Shown in pieces: positions 35,262-44,175 of a DNA stretch of 64,000 nucleotides. The DNA comes from Deltaproteobacteria bacterium. Lineage in GTDB: Bacteria; Myxococcota_A; Polyangia; DRWM01; JAAZOP01. Both the position numbers and the translations under genes were made by a program. Within the stretch, counting starts at the first letter, position 1, and each line of letters starts with the position of its first letter. The DNA is taken from positions 871 through 64,870 of the forward strand of contig JACRCZ010000085.1 in NCBI GenBank assembly GCA_016218765.1, in the 5' to 3' direction. The notes below the pieces were generated by a model. That model ran no database searches. It was not told where the DNA came from and was given only the letters and a program-made list of their open reading frames with translations.

Positions 35262-36320
35262 TCACCGCCAGGGGAACCGGCCGTGGGCCGCGGCGAGCGG
35301 CTCGAGGCGTGCGACGTCGGCGAAGCAGGCTTCGGAGGCGGCGCGGCAGCCGGAGCGGCAGGTCGTGCGGTGGGGGCAGTCGCGGCACTCGACCGGCAGG
35401 GCGGCGCAGAAGGCGCGATAGGGACGGCTGCGGAGCATGCGGCGCAGGGTCGTTCGGCGGAGGTCGCCCAGGACGGTTGGCGAATGGTTGCACGGGCGGA
35501 CCTCGCCCCGCGGGGACAGCGCCAGGTAGGTGCGGTCGCTGCCGGCGCCGCAGAAGCCGACGCCCAGCCCCTCGGTCTCGGCGGGGTCCACCACGCAGGG
35601 CGGAATCGGCACGGAGACCGAGACGGGGAGTCCGCCGCACCGCCGCTGCTCGCGAAGCACCCGCAGCGCGGCGACGAGCTGCGGCGGGTCGGGCAGCAGC
35701 TCCGCCGCGGTCGCGTGCGCGACCCCGCCGGGATTGAAGCGCAGGAACATGAGGCCGTCGGCGCCCAGCGCGAGCGCCAGCCGCGCGACGTCCTCGGCCC
35801 GCCCGATGTTGCGCCGCATGGCGACGAACGCGGCGACGACGTGGGCTCCGGCCTTCTTGGCCGCGCCGATCGCCCGCACCGCCCCCTCGAAGGCCCCGGC
35901 CGCCCCGGCCAGCGCGTCGTGCTCGTCCGCCGACGGAGCCAGGAGCGGGATCTCGAACAGCCGGCATCCGGCGGCGACGAGCGAGCGGGCACGATCCGCG
36001 TCGAGGCGCCGGCCGTTGGTGATGAGGTTCGTCGCCAGGCCGGCGCCGGTGACGGCGGAGACCAGCGTCTCCAGATCGTCCCGCAGCAGAGGCTCGCCGC
36101 CGGTGAAGCTGATCTGCCGCGGCCGGTACCGGCCGCGCTCCGCCAGCACGCGGCGCAGCAGATCGAGCGCCTCCGCGGTCGGCAGGTCGGCCGGGGAAAT
36201 CCCTCCGTCGCACTTCCACACGTTGTAGCAGTAGACGCAGCGGTTGTTGCAGCGCGCCGTGACCTCGAACAGGACCACGGTCACGCGCAGCGGGTCGGGT
36301 CGGAGAAGGCGTTCGAGCAT
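35262..36320 (-). CDS. radical SAM enzyme with SPASM domain (anSME/peptide-maturase-like architecture)
   Basis: CNNRCVYC (CxxxCxxC) at residues 24-31. GGEPLL. C-terminal SPASM pattern FCGAG...PC and CRDCPHRTTCRSGC (Cx2Cx5Cx3C) plus a distal Cys. Confidence 0.85.
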   Translation of the reverse strand: MLERLLRPDPLRVTVVLFEVTARCNNRCVYCYNVWKCDGGISPADLPTAEALDLLRRVLAERGRYRPRQISFTGGEPLLRDDLETLVSAVTGAGLATNLITNGRRLDADRARSLVAAGCRLFEIPLLAPSADEHDALAGAAGAFEGAVRAIGAAKKAGAHVVAAFVAMRRNIGRAEDVARLALALGADGLMFLRFNPGGVAHATAAELLPDPPQLVAALRVLREQRRCGGLPVSVSVPIPPCVVDPAETEGLGVGFCGAGSDRTYLALSPRGEVRPCNHSPTVLGDLRRTTLRRMLRSRPYRAFCAALPVECRDCPHRTTCRSGCRAASEACFADVARLEPLAAAHGRFPWR

Positions 36321-36330
36321 CGTCTTGCAC

Positions 36331-37305
36331 TCAGCCGAAGTGCCGGAACCCGGTGCGCGGCAGGGCGTGTTCGGACCCGTCGCGTTCGACGCCGAGCACC
36401 GTGCCGGGTGGATGGTGGGAGACGACTTCGCCGACGCGGTAGAGGCCGATACCGGCCTCGGCGGCGAGGCGCGAGAGGAGGGGGAGGTTTGCGGGCGGGA
36501 CGGTCGCGGCCAGCTCGTAGTCCTCGCCGCCTCCGAGGGCGAGCGCGCGGCCTGCGCCGTCGGGGTCGCGGGGGTGTCCGAAGGCGACGGGCAGTCGGTG
36601 GAGGTCGAGGGCGACGGCGACGCCGGAGGCGTCGGCGAGGTGGCCGAGGTCCTGGGCGAGGCCGTCGGAGATGTCGATGGCGGCGGATGCGGTGCGGGCG
36701 AGGACGGCGGCGGCGTCGAGGCGGAAGGGCGGGTGGAGGTAGCGGGCGCGGAGGCTGCGAGCTTCGTGGGCCTGGGCGGGTCCGGTTCCGGCGGCGGTGC
36801 GTCCGGCGGCGGATGCGCCGACGGGGCCGGTGAGGAAGATGAGGTCGCCGGCGCGGGCGCCGGAGCGGCGGAGCGGGGCGGCCTGCGTCTCGCCGGCGAC
36901 GGTGAGGGAGAGGACGAGGTCGCGGCCGCAGGCCAGGTTGCCGCCCACGACGACGGCACCGGCTTCGGCCGCGGCGTCCGCGAACCCCTTGTGGAGGGTC
37001 TCGACCCATGCGGCATCGGTCCCGGGAGGCAGGACGAGGGAGAGCAGGACCCAGCGCGGGCGGCCGCCCATGGCGGCGATGTCGGAGACGTTGGCGGCGA
37101 CGGCGCGGCGCGCGACGTCGGCGGGCGGTTCGGTGACCGGGTCGAAGTGCACGCCGGCGACGAGCGCGTCGGTGGTGAGGAGCAGGCGCCGTCCGCCGCC
37201 CAGGTGGATCGCGGCGGCGTCGTCGCCGATGCCGATCTCGACGGCGGCGTCGGCGCGGGCAACGGCGAGCCGGATGCGCTCGAGCAGTTCGAACTCGTCG
37301 ATCAC
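36331..37305 (-). CDS. thiL: thiamine-monophosphate kinase
   Basis: EFELLERI, IGIGDDAAAI and TTDALVAGVHF are typical ThiL/AIR-synthase-related N-terminal motifs. Length 324 aa. 4-nt overlap with the upstream kinase gene. Confidence 0.85.
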   Translation of the reverse strand: MIDEFELLERIRLAVARADAAVEIGIGDDAAAIHLGGGRRLLLTTDALVAGVHFDPVTEPPADVARRAVAANVSDIAAMGGRPRWVLLSLVLPPGTDAAWVETLHKGFADAAAEAGAVVVGGNLACGRDLVLSLTVAGETQAAPLRRSGARAGDLIFLTGPVGASAAGRTAAGTGPAQAHEARSLRARYLHPPFRLDAAAVLARTASAAIDISDGLAQDLGHLADASGVAVALDLHRLPVAFGHPRDPDGAGRALALGGGEDYELAATVPPANLPLLSRLAAEAGIGLYRVGEVVSHHPPGTVLGVERDGSEHALPRTGFRHFG

Positions 37306-38702
37306 GGCGGCGCTCCGGTCGGGATCACGGCGGAGGGGGGGACGGGCAGGAGCAGGTGGAAGGCCGAGCCCTTCCCCGGCTCGCTCTCGACCTCGACGCT
37401 GCCGCCGTGCGCTTCGGCGAACTGGCGGACGAGGGCGAGGCCCAGGCCCAGGCCGCCGTGGGAGCGGGTGGCCGAGCCGTCCTCCTGGAAGAAGGCGTCG
37501 AAGATGCGGTCCAGGCTGTTCTGGGGGATGCCCGGTCCGGCGTCGCGGACGGTGACGCGGAGGAAGCGCCGCAGGGGCGCGAGCAGGACGAAGCCGATCG
37601 AGGCCTCGCCGTCGGCGCGCGGCTCCGTCAGGCCCAGCTCGATGGCGACGGCGCCGCCCGGGGGCGAGAACTTGAGCGCGTTATCGACGAGGTGCAGGAG
37701 GGCCTTCTCGATGAGGTCGGGGTCGACGGGGACGAGGGGCAGCGCCGGGGCGGGGCGCATGTCGAGCCGCACGTCGCGCCGGCCCGACTGGGCGACGGCC
37801 TTCTCGACGGCGCGGGCGCAGAGCCCGGCGACGTCGGTGGGCTCGCGGCGGAGCTCCAGGCGCCGGGCGTCGAGGGTGGAGATGTCGAGCACGGCGGAGA
37901 TCAGGCGCAGGAGGTGCTCGCCCTTCTCCAGGATGGTGCCGATGAACTTGCGTTGCTCCTCGGCGAGGGGCCCGGCGAGGCCCTGGGCGAGCATCTCGCT
38001 GTAGCCGATGATCGAGGTGAGCGGGGTGCGGAGCTCGTGGCTGACGGTGGCGAGGAAGTTGGACTTGAGCCGATCCAGCTCCTTGAGCCGGTCGGCGGTT
38101 TCCTGGAGCCGTTTGTTCTTGACGGCGATCTCGCGATAGGACTCCTCGATGGTTGCCAGGTGGGTTTCGGAGGTGAGGGTGGCGCGCTGCCCGCTGTGCA
38201 GGATGAGGTCGAGCACGCGTTGGAAGGCGTGGACGATGCGGTCGAGGGTGTCGTGGCGGACGCGGCGCAGCGAGGCGGATCGTTCGGAGATCGTCGCGGG
38301 GTCGATCTCGGTGTCGAGGCGCATGAGGGTCGAGGGGAGGCGCGTGGCGTCGGCGGGGAGGTAGGGTCCGTAGACGACCTTCCCCATGGCGTCGCCCTCG
38401 AAGAGCACGGGGGCGGCGAGGTAGGCGCAGCCGGCGAAGCAGCGTACGGCGAGCGGCTCCGGGCCCTGGGCGGTGAAGCGGGCGAGCTGGGCGCGGAACT
38501 GGTTGCACTGCCGGCGTCCTTCGCCGAACTCCCGCACGTAGGTGCAGAACGCCTCCTCCTCGACCGACTCGGCGAGCAGCGATCCGTCCGCGGCGAAGAC
38601 GCGCAATCCGATGCCGAACAGCTCGCGGAAGGCGGTGCAGACGTCGTGGAGTGCCGAGGGTTCGACGAGGTCGGCGAGGCCGAGGGTGCGTTCGAGCTGC
38701 AC
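37302..38702 (-). CDS. sensor histidine kinase with N-terminal PocR-like sensory domain
   Basis: The N-terminal region has conserved Cys pattern (FCTYVR...RRQC...RCFAGCAYLAAP) as in PocR domains. H-box SHELRTPLTSIIGYSE. HATPase GLGLGLALV. Confidence 0.85.
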   Translation of the reverse strand: MQLERTLGLADLVEPSALHDVCTAFRELFGIGLRVFAADGSLLAESVEEEAFCTYVREFGEGRRQCNQFRAQLARFTAQGPEPLAVRCFAGCAYLAAPVLFEGDAMGKVVYGPYLPADATRLPSTLMRLDTEIDPATISERSASLRRVRHDTLDRIVHAFQRVLDLILHSGQRATLTSETHLATIEESYREIAVKNKRLQETADRLKELDRLKSNFLATVSHELRTPLTSIIGYSEMLAQGLAGPLAEEQRKFIGTILEKGEHLLRLISAVLDISTLDARRLELRREPTDVAGLCARAVEKAVAQSGRRDVRLDMRPAPALPLVPVDPDLIEKALLHLVDNALKFSPPGGAVAIELGLTEPRADGEASIGFVLLAPLRRFLRVTVRDAGPGIPQNSLDRIFDAFFQEDGSATRSHGGLGLGLALVRQFAEAHGGSVEVESEPGKGSAFHLLLPVPPSAVIPTGAPP

Positions 38703-38705
38703 GAG

Positions 38706-39482
38706 CTACTTCTCTCCGTCGGGCGGCGGCGGCCAGAGGCGTTCGCCGTCGCGGCCCGTGGCGAGGTGTTTGGGCAGGCCGAGCTGGCTGGCGAGCTTGA
38801 GGAGGAGCTGTCGCGAATCGACGCCGAAGCGTTCCTCGAACTTGTGCTCGGCCTGCAGGTGGGCCCAGGTCAGCCGGAGCAGGCCGAGGAAGGTCTCGAT
38901 GACGCCCTTGCCCTCGGTGGCAACGGCCTTGAAGACGGGCTCGCGTCCGGCGCGGGCCATGCTGTCGAGCTCCTGGTCGGAGCGGATGTCCGGCAGGTCG
39001 CGCTTGTTGAACTGTATGACGAGCGAGATGGTGCGTGCGTCGAGGCCGTTGGCGCGGAGGTTCTCGGCGAGGTTGCGGAACGACTCGGCGTTGGATTCGA
39101 TCTCGGAGATCCTGCTGTCGGCGATGAAGGCGACGCCGTCGGCGGCCTGGAGGACGAGCCGCCGGGTGGCGTCGTGGATCACCTGGCCCGGCACGGTGTA
39201 GAGCTTGAGCTTGATCTTGAGCCCGCTCCCGACCTCGACGCGCAGCGGCAGGAGATCGAAGAACAGGGTCCGGTCGTCGCGCGTTTCGAGCGACAGGAGG
39301 CGGCCGGCGGTGCCTTCGGGCATGACGCGGTGCAGGGCCTGCAGGTTCGTCGTCTTTCCGGAGAGCGCGGGTCCGTAGTAGACGAACTTGAGTCCGATCT
39401 CCCGATGCGCGATGTCGACCTGCACGGGTCGGAACTCCTTCGGAGCGGGCCTCCGCGCCCCCCGGCGCGGGCCACTCAGCAT
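38706..39482 (-). CDS. MglA-family small Ras-like GTPase with N- and C-terminal extensions
   Basis: Collinear with M. xanthus MglA: KFVYYGPALSGKTTNLQ, DRTLFFD, LYTVPGQV, GVAFIADS, QFNKRDL. The longer track ORF (to 41090) runs across the island boundary and is rejected. Confidence 0.85.
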   Translation of the reverse strand: MLSGPRRGARRPAPKEFRPVQVDIAHREIGLKFVYYGPALSGKTTNLQALHRVMPEGTAGRLLSLETRDDRTLFFDLLPLRVEVGSGLKIKLKLYTVPGQVIHDATRRLVLQAADGVAFIADSRISEIESNAESFRNLAENLRANGLDARTISLVIQFNKRDLPDIRSDQELDSMARAGREPVFKAVATEGKGVIETFLGLLRLTWAHLQAEHKFEERFGVDSRQLLLKLASQLGLPKHLATGRDGERLWPPPPDGEK

Positions 39483-39571
39483 GGACTCGGCCGGCCGGCA
39501 GGTCAAGGCGTGTGGTGCGCGGAAAACGAAAACGCGAACCCGGCTTCTCGGCCAAGTTCGCGTCTTCCTTC

Positions 39572-39614
39572 GTAGCGGGGCCTGGATTTGAACCAGGGAC
39601 CTTCGGGTTATGAG
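39572..39614. repeat. left 43-bp direct repeat (orphan 3' half of tRNA-Met), att site of island 2
   Basis: GTAGCGGGGCCTGGATTTGAACCAGGGACCTTCGGGTTATGAG is identical to 49026-49068. Flanks diverge immediately on both sides. Confidence 0.9.
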
Positions 39615-39740
39615 ATGGTCCGCCAGCCCTTGCCCCGTTCGCTGCTCCTTCCCCCCCTTGCAGTTTCGCAGCCTACGCGGTGCGCTGCGCTTGTCAACCT
39701 TGCGTGCCTTGCGGGTTCCTGCCAACCTGTGGCCCCAGAA

Positions 39741-40460
39741 ATGGCCCCGCGACCCAAACGCCGCAAGCACATGACGACCTCGCCGACGCGGGCTGCGGCA
39801 CTCCGGTTGGATCCGCCTGTAGTCCGCGTTGCACTGCTGCACCTGATCGACCTCGCGGCGTGCCATGACAGGTGGATGTCGTCGGGCCGGACGGGCACGG
39901 ATGCAGATGCCCTGGCGGTCCTCGGCAAGGTCCTGGAGGTTGTGGAGGCGCATCGACGACGACGGGCCTTGCGTGCTCATCGCGGCCAGCTTCGCACCAT
40001 CGTCGAAGCAGTCGCCTGCACGTACGACGAGGTCCGGGCGGGGAGAGTCGGCCGGGAGCAGGCGAGACGGGCGATAGGTCAGGTCTTGGAAGCCAACGGA
40101 TTGCGTCTGCCGGATGAGAATCTCCGGAGGCTGGTGCCGACGCGAGCAGCCATGCAACGACACGGAGGGCCACTCCAGACCGCGCGCCGACGACTCGCAC
40201 CCGTGTTGCATCGCTGCGAGAAGACGTTGTTCAACGTGCGCAACACCGACCCTCTCGTGGATACAGCATTCGGTGTGCGCATGGGACGCGGTGGCCTTGC
40301 TTCGTTCATCGAACGCCTCATCAACGGTTCGGTCGCTCCGGCTGCCCCGCCAAACAACCACACGGTCGGCGGACATGCTGACGCGGGGCAGGGAACACCC
40401 GAGGAACGCGATCCGAAACGTTCCGAAACTGTCCCTCCGGATTCCCGATCGCCGCCTTGA
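39741..40460 (+). CDS. hypothetical protein (start uncertain, alternative ATG 39771)
   Basis: ORF downstream of the left repeat. The first 50 codons of the track ORF are translated tRNA-repeat sequence and are discarded. No family recognised. Confidence 0.4.
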   Translation: MAPRPKRRKHMTTSPTRAAALRLDPPVVRVALLHLIDLAACHDRWMSSGRTGTDADALAVLGKVLEVVEAHRRRRALRAHRGQLRTIVEAVACTYDEVRAGRVGREQARRAIGQVLEANGLRLPDENLRRLVPTRAAMQRHGGPLQTARRRLAPVLHRCEKTLFNVRNTDPLVDTAFGVRMGRGGLASFIERLINGSVAPAAPPNNHTVGGHADAGQGTPEERDPKRSETVPPDSRSPP

Positions 40461-40483
40461 CCTTCCGGTCCTGACCCCTCCAA

Positions 40484-41869
40484 TCAGCCGTCCCAGGGCC
40501 AGGAGGACCAGCGGTCGGGAAGACCGTCCGGGCCGACCGCCAGCGTCTTCGCCCCCCTCGACGAGGTGAGAAACGGGAGCAAACCCGCATCGGCGAAGGT
40601 CCGGGCCTGGGGAGGCCCCTGCACCCCCCGGAGGGCAAGGGCCAGGGCGGTTGTCAGGTCGTCGTGGATCCGGCCGCCGACCGGCGCACCGTATTCGATC
40701 CGGCCCGACGGCTTGGCCCGTGCCTCGTAGAAACGCAACTCGTCGAGTAGGTCCCGGTTCGGCGGCAGGATGATCCCGCCGTTCTCGATCGCCACGGCAA
40801 GCGCCGTGACGATCTCCGCCTTCGTCGCCGTGGTGAAGGTGACCCCCTCGACCCAGCACCCTTGGCGGCGGAGCAACTCGACCAGCACCGCTCCCTGGCC
40901 GGTCCCATCGACGACCACCTTTGCGCCTCCGTGGAGCCGCGCAAGTTCGGCAACGCGCTGGACCTGTTCCACGAAGTCGCGTCCCCGGATGTCTTCGACG
41001 TGAACGCATCGCAGCGGCTTGCCCGTCGCATCGATGATCGCTACGCCGGAACGATCGCGCTTCAACGCGGGGTCCCAGCCGATCACGCAACGGCGATGCG
41101 CCCCGGCTTCAACTTGTTCGCCACCCGTGCAACGGACCACGTGGTCCCATCGGAAGACGGCATCGGTCTGATCGAGGAATTCGCCGCCGTACTCGACTCG
41201 GAATTGCCGGTCGGTGATTTCTGCGCGCTGGCCTTCCACGTATCCGCGATCGATGTAGGGGTTGTCCGCGCTTCGGATGATGAAGCTGGAAACCCTCGCA
41301 TCGGTCCCGCTCCGGCCCCGCTCGAACATGCGGTGGAACAGCGATCCCTTCGTGCTGGGAGTCGATGCGAGCACGAGTTCGCCGCCCACGTCGGCGAGTA
41401 GCGGCATGATGGCTTCCTCGATCACGGTGTCCGGAACGTACGCGGCTTCATCGACGACCACGCGATCGGCGGCGTGACCTCGAAGATGCTTCCCGCCCTC
41501 GTGCGCGGCCCGGACGAAGATCAGCACGCCGCCCGCGAGCCGCAGTTCGGGGAAGGGCGACGAAAACTCCGCTTCGATCAACCCGCCGAGGGGAGATTGC
41601 CGGATGAGGCGGGCCACCGCGGCGATCAGCAACTTCGCCTGATCGATGCCGGGGGCGACGAGAAGCTGCCGGAACGGTCGATGCGCATGCACGGCCTTCG
41701 CGGCATGGAACGCGATTTCGATCGCGAGCGAGATCGTTTTCCCCGATCGACGACCCCCGACGAGAGTTTTCGTCGGGTGCCGATCGAGGAGATACCGGGC
41801 CTGTCCGGCGTGCGGGACGATCCCGAGCACGGTCTCTGCGAAGACGGCGGCGTTATCGAGTCGGTCCAT
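40484..41869 (-). CDS. terL: phage terminase large subunit
   Basis: Walker A-like GGRRSGKT. Walker B VVVDEAAY. ASTP coupling motif. C-terminal RNase-H-like nuclease region (VIGWDPA...SGVAIID...HDDLTTALALA). Length 461 aa. Confidence 0.85.
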   Translation of the reverse strand: MDRLDNAAVFAETVLGIVPHAGQARYLLDRHPTKTLVGGRRSGKTISLAIEIAFHAAKAVHAHRPFRQLLVAPGIDQAKLLIAAVARLIRQSPLGGLIEAEFSSPFPELRLAGGVLIFVRAAHEGGKHLRGHAADRVVVDEAAYVPDTVIEEAIMPLLADVGGELVLASTPSTKGSLFHRMFERGRSGTDARVSSFIIRSADNPYIDRGYVEGQRAEITDRQFRVEYGGEFLDQTDAVFRWDHVVRCTGGEQVEAGAHRRCVIGWDPALKRDRSGVAIIDATGKPLRCVHVEDIRGRDFVEQVQRVAELARLHGGAKVVVDGTGQGAVLVELLRRQGCWVEGVTFTTATKAEIVTALAVAIENGGIILPPNRDLLDELRFYEARAKPSGRIEYGAPVGGRIHDDLTTALALALRGVQGPPQARTFADAGLLPFLTSSRGAKTLAVGPDGLPDRWSSWPWDG

Positions 41870-42476
41870 CGGGTCGAACCTCTTCGAGCGCCGATCGCAG
41901 CGTGGGCGACAGGCTGGCCCGATCGACCGGCCCTGACAACAGCGCCTCGACCCGCGTCAAGTAGATGTTCGTCGTCGGCGGAGCGACCTGGCCGAGCAAC
42001 TCGCCGAGCAGTCGCCAGAGCCGTTCTGCCGTTCGGTGGCCTGCGAAGATCGCCCCGGCTGTGGCGGGGGTCGTCGGCTGCTTCCGCAGATCGGCGATCA
42101 CCTCGCGCACGTCGTCGGCTGCCGCGGCGATCCGGTCGAGCAGGTCGAAATGGTCCAGCGCCACCTTCCGCCGGGTCTCCGCCGTCGCACCCTGCGCGGC
42201 CTGCACCTCGATCGGCATCGATCTGAGGTAGTAGGCGAGGGTCGTCCGGCTGACGCCAACCCGCCGGGCGAGTTCGGACTTGCTCACCCCCGGATCCGCC
42301 GCGAGCACCTCCCGGATCCGCTTCGTGGTCTCCGGGTTCGGGTTCCGTACGCCACGGGCGTACCGTCCGGCCCGGCCGATCCCTGCGGTCCCGTCCGCTC
42401 CGTTGCCTACCGTCTGCCTACCGCCGGGGGTCCCAGAGCCGGGGGCATTCGCGCTACCTATGGAACACGTTTCCAT
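41853..42476 (-). CDS. HTH protein, probable terminase small subunit
   Basis: HTH SKSELARRVGVSRTTLAYYL. It sits immediately upstream of terL and overlaps it by 17 nt, the usual TerS position. The true start may be internal. Confidence 0.5.
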   Translation of the reverse strand: METCSIGSANAPGSGTPGGRQTVGNGADGTAGIGRAGRYARGVRNPNPETTKRIREVLAADPGVSKSELARRVGVSRTTLAYYLRSMPIEVQAAQGATAETRRKVALDHFDLLDRIAAAADDVREVIADLRKQPTTPATAGAIFAGHRTAERLWRLLGELLGQVAPPTTNIYLTRVEALLSGPVDRASLSPTLRSALEEVRPDGPTR

Positions 42477-42821
42477 CGATCAACGCCTACGGCACGACGA
42501 ACCGCGCGTCAAGAAGCGCGGCGATCGTTCAGGCTTCGGCCCGACTTGACGGCAACTCACCCGCGAGCGGAGAATCCCGTCTGGAGCCTGACTCCGCCTG
42601 TTCGTCGGCCCCGGTTCCGGGGCTTGGGCGTCCAGTCAACGCCGACGACGAACGGGAGGAACGAGGGCTCCGGACAAGCTGCGCAGGCTTCCGCCGCTGG
42701 TACAGCGGGGGGTGACTCCCTCGCATCGGCCAGAAGGGGCGGGCGGATGGTTGCCTGCGCAGCGTTCGTCGCGCCCCTTTCTTCTTGGGGCGAGGCGGGG
42801 GAGGGTTCCATGGAGGGTTCC

Positions 42822-44135
42822 ATGCGCGTCGCGACGATCCTCGCGATCACGATGTGGTCGGCGGGTTGTAGTCTATCCGACTGGGCGAGGGCTAACTTCG
42901 CTCGCGACTTCCAGTGCCCTGTCGAACAGGTGGCCAGCAGGGACCAGGACTACCCAAGGAGCGCCGTCTACTTCGCCGAAGGTTGCGACCAGACGGCGGC
43001 ATACGTCTGCACCCGCCAGTCGGGCACGGTGATCTGTGAATTGGACGTCGGCAGCGGCGGCGGATCGTTGTCCCCAGTTGCCGGGGTCCGCGATGCCTTC
43101 CGTCGGGACTTCGGCTGTCAGGACGTCTCGGTCGAACACCTCGGTTCCTACCGCTTCGCAGTCCAGGGGTGCAGCCACGCAGCCGTCTACCGATGCACCG
43201 GGCGGTACGCCACGCAGGGCGACTGTAGGCGGGAACCCGAATCGCCATCGACCGGAGGCGAACAAGCGACGGGGCCATCTTCCGCGAGCGCGGCTCCCCC
43301 TCCGCAGGCGTCCGCTGCTGCGTCGGTGATCACGCCGACCGACTCGGACCCGCAACCGACCGCGATGACCGTGCCCACGATCTCCGGCTTCTCGCCCAGC
43401 GCCGGCCCGCCAGGAACGGACGTGGTGATCGACGGCAGCGGCTTTTCGTTGCGCCTCTACGAGGATCGCGTGAGCATCAACGGGATCACCGTGCCCGTCC
43501 GCAGGGCCTCGATCGACCAGTTGGTCGTGACAGTACCGGAGGGTGCGTCCGACGGGCGGTTGGTCGTCGAGGTGACCGGTGGCGGCAGGGGGGAGAGTTC
43601 GGGCAGGGCGGAGAGCCCTGACACCTTCACGGTGCTCGCGTCTGAAAGTTCTGGCGCAACGCAGGGCACGAGTGCAGCAACCCAGCCTGTCGACGGCACC
43701 GCTGGAGGATCCACGCAGATGCAAAGCACGCCAAGCCTTGCCGTCGAGGACGTGGAGGTGGAGTGGACCGATTTCGAGGACGGTTGGACGGCTGAGATTA
43801 CCTTCACGGCGGTCGCTGGCTCGTCTGTTCCGGGTTGCGGTGCCGCGTTCTTCACCGACTGGAACTGTCGGGTGACCGGCCGCGACTTCGTCGAACACCG
43901 AAAATTGGCCGCGAGGCCCGACATCGTCGATGCGAACCAAGCCATTGCCGCAAGAGCGTTGGCGTTCGTGACAACACCCCTTCGGAGGATGCCGAGCAGG
44001 TGCGAGGTCCAAGTCACCTTCTCGTGGTATCCATTAGGAGTGCGGGGAGGCGGGTGTTTCATCCCCCCAGCCCAGCAGGCCACCGTGGCAACGTACTGCT
44101 GGACGCCCGAAGCGGTCTCGACTGGTCCCTGTTGA
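42822..44135 (+). CDS. lipoprotein with IPT/TIG-like domain (island cargo)
   Basis: Signal MRVATILAITMWSAGC. PTISGFSPSAGPPGTDVVIDGSGF...VSINGITVPV...LVVTVPEGASDGRLVV matches the IPT/TIG pattern. Confidence 0.65.
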   Translation: MRVATILAITMWSAGCSLSDWARANFARDFQCPVEQVASRDQDYPRSAVYFAEGCDQTAAYVCTRQSGTVICELDVGSGGGSLSPVAGVRDAFRRDFGCQDVSVEHLGSYRFAVQGCSHAAVYRCTGRYATQGDCRREPESPSTGGEQATGPSSASAAPPPQASAAASVITPTDSDPQPTAMTVPTISGFSPSAGPPGTDVVIDGSGFSLRLYEDRVSINGITVPVRRASIDQLVVTVPEGASDGRLVVEVTGGGRGESSGRAESPDTFTVLASESSGATQGTSAATQPVDGTAGGSTQMQSTPSLAVEDVEVEWTDFEDGWTAEITFTAVAGSSVPGCGAAFFTDWNCRVTGRDFVEHRKLAARPDIVDANQAIAARALAFVTTPLRRMPSRCEVQVTFSWYPLGVRGGGCFIPPAQQATVATYCWTPEAVSTGPC

Positions 44136-44175
44136 CGGAGCCAGAATCAACAGGTTGCGGATCGGTCCGGACGGG

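Noticed and set aside
39588-39617. Twin ORFs starting MNQGPSGYE at 39588 and 49042
   Set aside because: The identical N-termini are simply the tRNA-derived 43-bp repeat translated. They are useful as a flag for the repeat, not as genes.
38706-41090. N-terminal 535 codons of the 794-aa ORF containing the MglA-like GTPase
   Set aside because: The extension crosses the 43-bp att repeat and runs antisense through island genes. The GTPase homology begins at MLSGP (39482).
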